From NCBI GenBank assembly GCA_040752415.1, contig JBFMGU010000141.1, forward strand, positions 1 through 27,735: a stretch of DNA of 27,735 bases. The letters run 5' to 3'. The first letter of the stretch is position 1. The number at the start of each line of letters is the position of its first letter. Positions 1 through 7,563 of the stretch are shown here, piece by piece. A program made the position numbers and the translations under genes. The notes beneath the pieces were generated by a model. The model worked only from the letters and a program-made list of their open reading frames with translations, was not told where the DNA came from and did no database searches. The stretch comes from Myxococcota bacterium (GTDB lineage Bacteria > Myxococcota > JACRCW01).

Positions 1-141
1 CCCATCCCCATCCCAATCAATCCCGGGAGTCCGCGGGCGAGGACGCGGTTCCACGTAGCGTCCACGACCGTGACATCGAGTGGCATCACCCACCCACGGT
101 CCAACGCGGCCCTCCGGGAGGGGGAGGGGGAGGGGGAGGGG
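1..141. repeat. Hexamer-unit imperfect inverted repeat: (CCCATC)n at the window edge and (GGGGGA)n at 116-141, downstream of ssb
   Basis: cccatccccatcccaatc at 1-18 and GGGAGGGGGAGGGGGAGGGGGAGGGG at 116-141. The left arm is probably cut by the window edge. Confidence 0.5.
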
Positions 142-246
142 AAAAGGCAGCACTGACGGCGGACCCCGGGGCGCCACGCTCGGGCAATGGAAAAGCGGTG
201 AGCCCGACAGCGCGAGCCCACCGCCCGAATCACGCTTGCCTCGACG

Positions 247-669
247 TCAGAACGGGATGTCCATCATCTGCGCGTCCTTGGCCGCTTCCGCGTCGCCGTC
301 GAACGGCTTGGCCATGCCCACGCCCGGCGCATCCGGGGCCCGACCCAGGAACAACACCTGGCTCGCAATCACCTCGGTGGTGGTGCGCTTGTTGTTGTCC
401 TTGTCCTTCCACTCGCGCGTCTGCAGGCGGCCCTCGGCGTAGATCTGACGGCCCTTCTGCAGGTACTGCCCCACCTGCTCGGCCATCTTCCCAAAACACA
501 CCAGGTTGACCCACTCGGTGCGGTCTCCCCAGTTGCCGTCCTTGTCCTTGGCGCGCTCCGTACAGGCCACGCGCATGTTCGCCACCGCCGTCCCGCCCTG
601 GGTCACCCGCACCTCGGGGTCATTGCCCAGGTTGCCAATCAACTGCACCTTCACAAGACCTGCTGCCAT
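247..669 (-). CDS. ssb: Single-stranded DNA-binding protein
   Basis: OB-fold SSB motifs KVQLIGNLGNDPEVR, TEWVNLVCFGKMAE and YLQKGRQIYAEGRLQTREW, plus a C-terminal DIPF tip. Confidence 0.97.
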   Translation of the reverse strand: MAAGLVKVQLIGNLGNDPEVRVTQGGTAVANMRVACTERAKDKDGNWGDRTEWVNLVCFGKMAEQVGQYLQKGRQIYAEGRLQTREWKDKDNNKRTTTEVIASQVLFLGRAPDAPGVGMAKPFDGDAEAAKDAQMMDIPF

Positions 670-874
670 CGCTCACTCCGTATCACTGGCCGGCGACACC
701 GCCGGACCCTCCGTTGCTGCCTTCACCTGGCATGCGCCGCGGTGGGCCGCAACGGCATCCGCCCCGGAATGCGGCGCGGTTGACGACGTGGGCGACGGCA
801 CAGGCGTGAGGGCGGGCTTGGGCGTGGCCAGGAACTCGCGGCGCGCCGGCGGGCTTGGGTAGCATGCCGGACGC

Positions 875-1801
875 GTGGTGAACTCTTCTTCGCCTGGTCG
901 TGCCGTCGTTGCGCTCGCGCGGGTTGCGGTGGTGCTCGGCGGTCTCGTCGTGGGGCTGCTGCCGGCGCGTGCGTCCGCGGCGCCCTCGCTGGCGGTGTTG
1001 GAGCTGGGAGCGGACGGTCGCGACCAGCCCATGGCGGAGCTGGTGACGCAGGACCTGGTGGCGCAGGCGCGCAAGCTGGGGCTCTTCGAGAAGGTGCTGA
1101 GCCCGCAGGACATCACGCTGCGCCTGGGCGACACGCAACACCAACAGCTCACCCGCTGCGCCGCCGACCGCTGCACCCTCGTCGACGAGGAGCTGACCGC
1201 CATGCTCGGGGTGACGCACCTCGTGGTGGGGAACCTGTGGGTCACCGACGGCGTGTACTCGGTGAGCGCGCGGCTGCTGGAGCTCCGTCGCGCCCTGGAG
1301 GTGTCCAGCGCCTCGGCGCACCGCGTGGGACTGGACCCCGCCGCAGTTTCCGAGCTCACCCGGCCCATGCTCGCCGAGCTCATCACCCGCGCGGAGCTGC
1401 TCAAGGACGCTTCACCCGCCTCGCGCGCGGCGGTGCTGGGGTTGACCGCGCCGGTGCGCAAGGCGTCAGGGAAGGGTGGCGGCGGGCTCTCGCGCGTGGT
1501 GGGTGGGATTGGTGCGGGCGTGGGGGTGTTGGGCGTGGTGGGCGCGCTGGCCATGGTGGCCGGGATGGTGGCGGCGCTCGGGCTCTGGGCGCCCATTGTT
1601 CCCAACTTCCTGATCGCCTTCGGTGGCGACGCACCGCTGCTGGTCAAGAGCGGCACCTCCACCTACCGGTTCCTCCTGCTGGGCGGCTTGGGCCTGGGCG
1701 CGGCGGCGGGCGTGGGTATCATCCCGTGCCTGGTGCTGGTGCTTGCCGGTGCGGTGTGGGCCGGGTTGGGATTCGCGCTGGGTCGGGGAGGTGGTGAGTG
1801 A
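875..1801 (+). CDS. Exported/membrane protein with an N-terminal TolB-N/CsgG/FlgO-like alpha/beta domain and C-terminal Gly-rich hydrophobic helices
   Basis: Signal peptide ending ARASA-A; LAVLEL...CAADRC...LGVTHLVVGNL...YSVSARLL pattern; hydrophobic C-terminus; the stop overlaps the next ATG (TGATG). Start uncertain. Confidence 0.7.
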   Translation: MVNSSSPGRAVVALARVAVVLGGLVVGLLPARASAAPSLAVLELGADGRDQPMAELVTQDLVAQARKLGLFEKVLSPQDITLRLGDTQHQQLTRCAADRCTLVDEELTAMLGVTHLVVGNLWVTDGVYSVSARLLELRRALEVSSASAHRVGLDPAAVSELTRPMLAELITRAELLKDASPASRAAVLGLTAPVRKASGKGGGGLSRVVGGIGAGVGVLGVVGALAMVAGMVAALGLWAPIVPNFLIAFGGDAPLLVKSGTSTYRFLLLGGLGLGAAAGVGIIPCLVLVLAGAVWAGLGFALGRGGGE

Positions 1802-3879
1802 TGCACAGAGCCTGGTCCGGTCGCGTTGTGGCGCTGTGCACGCTGTGTGCCGCGCTGGGCTGTGAGCGCATCCTGGAAGGCGCCTGCAACTCCGACGACG
1901 ACTGCGGCGCCGGCTACCGCTGCAACGCCGAGGGCTACTGCGAGGTACCCGCCTCCACCGTCGAGGATGGCGGGGTCCTCCAGGCCAACGGCAGCAGCAG
2001 CTCCGCTTCGTCGCACACCAGCGGGTCCTCCTCCTCGTCGTCATCCGGGGGCACCACCTCCTCCTCGTCCGGCGGCGAGGCTTCCAGCACCAGCACGGGC
2101 GGAACCTCGGCGTCCTCCACCAGCACGGCGTCGTCATCCACGGCAACGAGCACGGGCGGAGCAAGCTCGTCCGGCGCCTCGGTTTCGTCGAGCACGGCCG
2201 CTTCGTCGTCGGGGGATGTCACGACGTCGTCGAGCAGTGGGGCCGCCAGCTCCACCAGCTCCGCGACCTCCTCCGCGGTGGCGTCGTCGTCATCCGCTTC
2301 TGCCGCGTCCTCGACGTCGTCCTCGTCCAGTTCTTCGTCCTCGTCCAGCTCATCGTCGTCGAGCTCGTCGTCATCCAGCTCATCATCGTCGTCGTCCTCC
2401 TCCAGCTCGTCGTCCAGCTCATCCTCGTCCTCCAGCAGCGGGGCGCCGGCTGTCACGTTGCACGTCGAGATGGTGGGGACCGGGACGGGCACGGTGTCGG
2501 TGTCCCCCCTCGGGCAGGAGTGCGCCGTGACCTGCGACCTCCAGGTGCCACAGGGCACGGGGGTGACGTTGAACGCATCACCCGCCGGAAACAGCGCGCT
2601 GGAAGGCTGGCTGGCCGGGTGCGGCACCACCGGCGATCCCTGCACGCTGACCGTCGACGCCAACCACTCCGTGACCGTGGGCTTCTACCTGAAGAACTGG
2701 CTGGTCCCGCTGGGCACCGCCTCCACGGAAGATCCGGTCCAGATTGCCGTCGACGACAATGCGGGTGCCATCTACGTGGTGGGCTCCACCTACGGCGCGC
2801 CCGCGAACGAGACGCCCTCCTTGGGGAGTGACATCTTCCTGGCCAAGCTGGACCGCGTGGAGCGTCTCCTGTGGTTCAAGCGCATCATCTTGACTGGCGA
2901 CCAGCGCGCCACCGGTGTGGCGGTGGGCCCCGAGGGGCAGATCTACGTCACCGGCTATTCCCCCGGCGGTGACTACGCCGCCCAGCTTGCCCGCTTCGAG
3001 GCGGATGGGACGGAAACCTGGGTGGAATCCGTGGTGCAGCCCAACAGCTACTTGCGGGCCAAGGGTGTTGGCGTGCTCAGCAACGGCGAGATCGTGATGG
3101 CCGGCGAGGGTGACGCGAACCTCGAGGGGTGTCTCTACGGGACCAGCCAGCGCGTGCTGGTGAAGGTCTTCAACCCCCAGACCCGTGCCGTGACGCGGGA
3201 GAAGTGCGTGCAGGGAACCACCGCGCAGTATGTCTTCGGCGTCAACGTGGTGGCCGACAAGATCCTCGTGTCCGGATACACCCAGGGAAGCGTGGTGGGC
3301 AGTGTGGGCAACTTCCAGGGGTACGCGGATGCACTCCTGGTGCGCCTGGACTCCCAGCTCAACACCACGCGGGCGGTGATCCACAGCGAGCCCGTCTATG
3401 GCGCGGACGTGTTTCACGGCGCCACCGAGGATGGGTCTGGCAACCTGTACGCGGTGGGCACGGTGGTGGTGCCGGATGGGCAGGAGTACCGTGATGCCTT
3501 TGCGGTGGTGAAGTTCAGCAGTGCGGGAGCCGTGCTGGGACGTTATGCGCTTCCCTCCGGCACCGGCGGGCCGCAGGGGCGGAGCGTGGGCATCACCAGC
3601 ACGGGACGAATCCTGGCCTCCGGGACCGCCAGCAGCGTCAACGGCATGGCGGGGCAGTTCCAGGACGTGGTGCTGCTGAGCCTGGCATCCGACCTGACCG
3701 ACCCGCAGTTCGTGGTGTTCGACTCCACCAGCGTGGACCAGCCCGGCGCCATGGCGCTGTCCAGTGACGACGAGGTGTTCATCCTGGGCACGTTCCACTC
3801 CTCCGTGGAGGGCTTCTCCACCCTGGGACAGAACGACGCCTACGTGATCCGCTACACCGCCGACCTCCAGCGACGCTGA
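1801..3879 (+). CDS. Surface lipoprotein: Cys-rich motif, Ser-rich linker, divergent InlB B-repeat-like domain and SBBP-type beta-propeller
   Basis: Lipobox AALG-C; CNSDDDCGAGYRCNAEGYC; about 150-aa Ser/Thr/Gly linker; GTGTGTVSVSP..C...C...VTLNASP....GW..GC...CTLTVDAN.SVTVGF; repeats such as IAVDDNAGAIYVVGST and VAVGPEGQIYVTGYS. ATG 1801 is preferred to GTG 1798. Confidence 0.85.
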   Translation: MHRAWSGRVVALCTLCAALGCERILEGACNSDDDCGAGYRCNAEGYCEVPASTVEDGGVLQANGSSSSASSHTSGSSSSSSSGGTTSSSSGGEASSTSTGGTSASSTSTASSSTATSTGGASSSGASVSSSTAASSSGDVTTSSSSGAASSTSSATSSAVASSSSASAASSTSSSSSSSSSSSSSSSSSSSSSSSSSSSSSSSSSSSSSSSSSGAPAVTLHVEMVGTGTGTVSVSPLGQECAVTCDLQVPQGTGVTLNASPAGNSALEGWLAGCGTTGDPCTLTVDANHSVTVGFYLKNWLVPLGTASTEDPVQIAVDDNAGAIYVVGSTYGAPANETPSLGSDIFLAKLDRVERLLWFKRIILTGDQRATGVAVGPEGQIYVTGYSPGGDYAAQLARFEADGTETWVESVVQPNSYLRAKGVGVLSNGEIVMAGEGDANLEGCLYGTSQRVLVKVFNPQTRAVTREKCVQGTTAQYVFGVNVVADKILVSGYTQGSVVGSVGNFQGYADALLVRLDSQLNTTRAVIHSEPVYGADVFHGATEDGSGNLYAVGTVVVPDGQEYRDAFAVVKFSSAGAVLGRYALPSGTGGPQGRSVGITSTGRILASGTASSVNGMAGQFQDVVLLSLASDLTDPQFVVFDSTSVDQPGAMALSSDDEVFILGTFHSSVEGFSTLGQNDAYVIRYTADLQRR
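2317..2439 (+). repeat. 41 consecutive serine codons within the lipoprotein linker
   Basis: Counted directly in frame; all six Ser codons (TCG, TCC, TCA, TCT, AGC, AGT) are used. Confidence 0.95.
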
Positions 3880-3955
3880 GCGCACGCGCGCAGGTGCGTC
3901 CGTGCGAGGTCTCCGGCTATAGAGGCGCCCTCCCGTCGTGAATGGAGGTGTCCTC

Positions 3956-5176
3956 GTGAGTGTCCTGGAGCCCTTTGCCGGAGTCCGACCCCCCACCGAG
4001 CTGGTGCTGAAGGTTGCCGCGCCGCCCTATGACGTGGTGAACGCGCAGGAGGCGCGCGCCTACGCCGCGGGCAACGCCTACAGCTTCTTCCACATCAGCC
4101 GCCCGGAGATCGACTTCCCGCCCGGCACCGACGAGCACGCCGAGGAGGTCTACCACAAGGGCCTGGAGAACCTGCGCCGCTTCATGACCCAGGGCTGGCT
4201 CCGCGCCGACGACGGCGCGCATTTCTACCTCTACCAGCAGCGCATGGGCTCGCACGTGCAGGTGGGGCTGGTGGCCGGGGCTTCCGTCGACGAATACAAC
4301 CGCGGGCTCATCAAGAAGCACGAGCTCACGCGGCAGGACAAGGAGGATGACCGCACCCGCCACGTGGACGTGCTCAACGGCAATGATGAGCCGGTGTTCC
4401 TCACCTACCGCGCGCGCGCGGAGATCGACGCGCTGGTGCGCGAGCTCTGTGACGCGCAGCCGCACTACGACTTCACCACCGAGGACGGCATTGGCCACAC
4501 CTTCTGGGTGGTGCCGCCGGCGGCGGGCGCGCGGCTCAAGGAGCTGTTCCTCTCGGTGCCGCACCTCTACATTGCCGACGGGCACCACCGCAGCGCGGCC
4601 GCGGCGCGGGTGGCGCGCATCCGTCGGGACCGCGGTCACGGCAGCGGCGAGCATGACCGCTTCCTGGCGGTGATCTTCCCGCACAACCAGATGCAGATCA
4701 TGGACTACAACCGCGTGGTGAAGGACCTGCGCGGGCACACGCCGCAGAGCTTCCGGCTGGCGTTGGAGAACAGCTTCGAGGTGAGCCCCACCTGGCAGAA
4801 GAAGCCGCGGCGGGTGCACGAGTTCGGGATGTACCTCTCGGGGCGGTGGTGGCGCCTGCGCGCGCGCCCCGGCACCTACGACGACACGCCGCTGGGAGTG
4901 CTGGACGTGAACGTGCTGCAGAACAACGTGCTGCGGCCGCTGTTGGGTATTGAGGATCCGCGCACCGACAAGCGCATCCACTTCGTGGGTGGCATCCGCG
5001 GCATGCGGGAGCTGGAGAAGTTGGTGGACAGCGGGGAGTACGCGGTGGCGTTTGCCATGTTCCCCACGACGATGGACCAGCTCATGGCCATTGCCGACGC
5101 GGGTGAGATCATGCCGCCCAAGAGCACCTGGTTCGAGCCCAAGCTGCGCAGCGGGCTGGTGTTGCATCTGTTCTGA
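3956..5176 (+). CDS. DUF1015 family protein (ParB/Srx-like DGHHR motif)
   Basis: APPYDVV, IKKHELTR, YIADGHHR and MPPKSTWFEPKLRSGL signatures. GTG 3956 follows GGAGG at 3944-3948. Confidence 0.93.
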   Translation: MSVLEPFAGVRPPTELVLKVAAPPYDVVNAQEARAYAAGNAYSFFHISRPEIDFPPGTDEHAEEVYHKGLENLRRFMTQGWLRADDGAHFYLYQQRMGSHVQVGLVAGASVDEYNRGLIKKHELTRQDKEDDRTRHVDVLNGNDEPVFLTYRARAEIDALVRELCDAQPHYDFTTEDGIGHTFWVVPPAAGARLKELFLSVPHLYIADGHHRSAAAARVARIRRDRGHGSGEHDRFLAVIFPHNQMQIMDYNRVVKDLRGHTPQSFRLALENSFEVSPTWQKKPRRVHEFGMYLSGRWWRLRARPGTYDDTPLGVLDVNVLQNNVLRPLLGIEDPRTDKRIHFVGGIRGMRELEKLVDSGEYAVAFAMFPTTMDQLMAIADAGEIMPPKSTWFEPKLRSGLVLHLF

Positions 5177-5202
5177 AGGCGTGTCGACGGAATCCGAGAA
5201 AC

Positions 5203-5322
5203 CCGTGCCCTGCCCGTGCCCGTGCCCGGCTTGAGGGCCGAGGGCGCGACGAGGTTTCCCGCCGACAACCCCCTCGCCTGGGAGTTCCTACAAGCCGGGC
5301 ACGGGCACGGGCAGGGGCACGG
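5203..5322. repeat. Intergenic palindromic element with (GTGCCC)n / (GGGCAC)n arms (REP-like or MITE-like)
   Basis: 5208-5233 ccctgcccgtgcccgtgcccggcttg is the exact reverse complement of 5291-5316. The stem extends to about 31 bp with a 1-nt bulge; the spacer is 57 nt. Confidence 0.9.
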
Positions 5323-5475
5323 TACGTTGAGCAGCCGGGCGATGACCTACCGAAGCTGACGGGACCTGCGCTGCCGCGGTGATGCCGGCGCGAGCGCGCC
5401 CACACCGTTACCACGTGCACTGGCCTGGTCCAGGCGTTCCATCAACGTGCCACGTGACAAGGTTGGGAGTGTGCC

Positions 5476-6054
5476 ATGGCTGATCCCGTCAGCATGCTGA
5501 AGTCGGACCACGTTCGGATTCGCGCGATCCTCCACGAGCTGCTGGAGACCACCGAACGCGGAGGCAAGATCCGCGAGAAGCTGGTGGCGCAGCTGGAAAT
5601 GGAGCTGATGATCCACACCAAGGTGGAGGAGGAGACGTTCTACCCGGCATTCAAGGCGCTGGCGTTGGACCGGGATGACCGGATGCTGTTCTTCCGCGCG
5701 GCGGAGGAGCACCACAACGCCGACGTGAATCTCGTCGAGCTCAAGCGGCTGGAGACCAGGAGCGAGCAGTTCACCGCCAAGTGCGAGGTCATCTACAACC
5801 TGCTCGAAGCGCACCTGAAGATGGAAGAGAAGGAGATGTTCATCCGGTACAAGGAGCTCACGGATCCCGAGCACAACGTGAAGCTGTATGACCGGATGGT
5901 GCGGCGTCGGGAGACGCTGGAGGCTCAGTGGAAGAGCAGGTTGATGCGCCCCATCAAGCGCGCGCAGACCACGATGGAGGCGTTCGTTCCCGCGAAGATG
6001 AAGGCGCTCAGGGCGGACGTCCTCGGCGGTCGCGCCACGCGCGGAAGAGCGTAA
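5476..6054 (+). CDS. Hemerythrin (HHE cation-binding) domain protein
   Basis: LKSDH, IHTKVEEETFYP, EEHH and HLKMEEKEMF motifs; GGGAG upstream of the ATG. Confidence 0.9.
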   Translation: MADPVSMLKSDHVRIRAILHELLETTERGGKIREKLVAQLEMELMIHTKVEEETFYPAFKALALDRDDRMLFFRAAEEHHNADVNLVELKRLETRSEQFTAKCEVIYNLLEAHLKMEEKEMFIRYKELTDPEHNVKLYDRMVRRRETLEAQWKSRLMRPIKRAQTTMEAFVPAKMKALRADVLGGRATRGRA

Positions 6055-6158
6055 GGAGAATCAGCCCCGCCGCGCGCATCTGCCTCCGTCTCGGGTTCCA
6101 GGATCTGTCGGAGTCGATGACGCACGTGCAGATGAGACGCGCGCCCTCCCGGTGAGCC

Positions 6159-7535
6159 TCACGCCACCTGCAGCGTTTCCTCGGCCAGCACGCTGCCGTC
6201 GTCGCCGACGTAGCGGACCAGGACCTTCCCCGTTGCCGGGTCCGCCTCGAAGTACGTGTAGTTCCACGTCTTCACCACCACGAGGAAGCGGTCATCCGGG
6301 TTGAAGAAGCCGGCGAACTGGTTGATGGGGCTGCCGCCCGGGCCCGCCAGCACCTCGAAGGTGTTCTCCGCCGGACCACCCACCGGGTCCACCGTGCCAA
6401 TGCCCGCGATGTGGAAGTCGCCCGCCACCCAGAGCACGCCGGTGATGTTGTTGTCCTTGATGTGCTGCAGGAGCTCCTCGCGCTGCTGCGGGTAACCCTG
6501 CCAGCGGTCCTCCTGGCGCGCGGTGCCCACGACGGTCCCGGTGAAGTCCGCAATGGGCACGCTGTTCACCATGATCTTGAACTTGGCGCGCGACGCCGAC
6601 AGCTCCTGCTTCAACCACGCCAGCTGCTCCGGGGAGACGTAGTTCCCGTCCAGGCGCTCCCCGCGACAGTCGAGCACGAACACATCCATGGCCCCGCCCC
6701 AGGAGAGCTTGCGCCACAGCACGCCGTCGGGACCACCGCGCTGCGGGATGGCCCGCCGGAACGACGTCATGGCCTCCGCGGCGCGCGCCGTCATGCCGGG
6801 CGTCTCGTGCGACCAGTTGTCGCTGACCTCGTGGTCATCCCAGGTGGCAATCACGCTGGTGGACGCGGTGACGTCGTTGAGGCCGAACACCTTCAGCGCG
6901 CTGCTCCACTTCCCCTCGAAGTCGTACTGGTTCGGCGGGTCGTCGGCGTAGATGGTGTCGCCGAGGAGCACGAAGAAGTCCAGGCGCTCGTCGGAAGCGA
7001 AGGTCAGCGTGTCCCAGGGACGGTTCCCGCCCAGGCAGCTGGTGGCGCCAAACCGGATCACGCGGGTGAAGTCCGCCGGCGGCGCGGTCCGGAAACGCGC
7101 CACGCGGGAGCGCCGCTCTCCGTCCTCACCGTGGAACACCACCGCGTAGCTCGTGTCCGGCAGCAGCTCGGTCAGCTCCAGTTGCACCACGTCGTCGGAG
7201 GGCGTGAAGGCTTGCCCGGTGGACACCTGTTCCCAGCCGCCCGCGGTCCCGCGCATCACCGTCAGCGTCACCGTGGACTCGAGCGTGCGCACGCTCAGCA
7301 ACGCGCTGGTGGCCGTCACATCCCCGGTCTGCACGCCCCACGCAAAGGCCACGTCATCCTGCGTCCCCGGCGCGGTCCACGGGGAGGGCTCGGGGCCGGG
7401 CTGGAAGGTGGTGCCGTTGTTGCCGGCGTCGGGATTGCCGCCCTCGCCGTTGTTGCCGGTGCTGCCGGTGGTGACGCCGCAGGCCGGCAGCAGCGCCGAC
7501 GCCAGGGCCACGAATTCTCGACGGGTGACCTTCAT
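6159..7535 (-). CDS. phoD: Alkaline phosphatase D (PhoD) family metallophosphoesterase, Tat-exported lipoprotein
   Basis: The refined start MKVTRREFVALASALLPAC gives a twin-Arg motif plus lipobox. Motifs: GVQTGD, LLGDTIYAD, TWDDHEV, LDCR, DRWQGY, AGDFH. Confidence 0.88.
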   Translation of the reverse strand: MKVTRREFVALASALLPACGVTTGSTGNNGEGGNPDAGNNGTTFQPGPEPSPWTAPGTQDDVAFAWGVQTGDVTATSALLSVRTLESTVTLTVMRGTAGGWEQVSTGQAFTPSDDVVQLELTELLPDTSYAVVFHGEDGERRSRVARFRTAPPADFTRVIRFGATSCLGGNRPWDTLTFASDERLDFFVLLGDTIYADDPPNQYDFEGKWSSALKVFGLNDVTASTSVIATWDDHEVSDNWSHETPGMTARAAEAMTSFRRAIPQRGGPDGVLWRKLSWGGAMDVFVLDCRGERLDGNYVSPEQLAWLKQELSASRAKFKIMVNSVPIADFTGTVVGTARQEDRWQGYPQQREELLQHIKDNNITGVLWVAGDFHIAGIGTVDPVGGPAENTFEVLAGPGGSPINQFAGFFNPDDRFLVVVKTWNYTYFEADPATGKVLVRYVGDDGSVLAEETLQVA

Positions 7536-7563
7536 GGCGGCGCACGCTAGACCGCGTGCAGCA

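Noticed and set aside
673..1662. 329-aa - strand ORF ending just upstream of ssb
   Set aside because: It overlaps the better-supported + strand gene 875-1801 and has the Ser/Arg/Pro-rich composition of a high-GC shadow ORF.
1935..2663. Asp/Glu-rich 242-aa ORF on the - strand
   Set aside because: It is the antisense shadow of the poly-Ser codons (TCG/TCC read as GAC/GAG in a shifted reverse frame).
5203..5322. CRISPR array or intrinsic terminator interpretation of the GTGCCC repeats
   Set aside because: There is no repeat-spacer periodicity and no cas gene. The 57-nt loop and lack of a U-tract do not fit a classical terminator.
6071..6143. Imperfect inverted repeat (CATCTGC/GCAGATG) between the convergent hemerythrin and phoD genes
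   Set aside because: The stem is short and interrupted, with a large loop and no U-tract. It is plausible by chance at this GC content.
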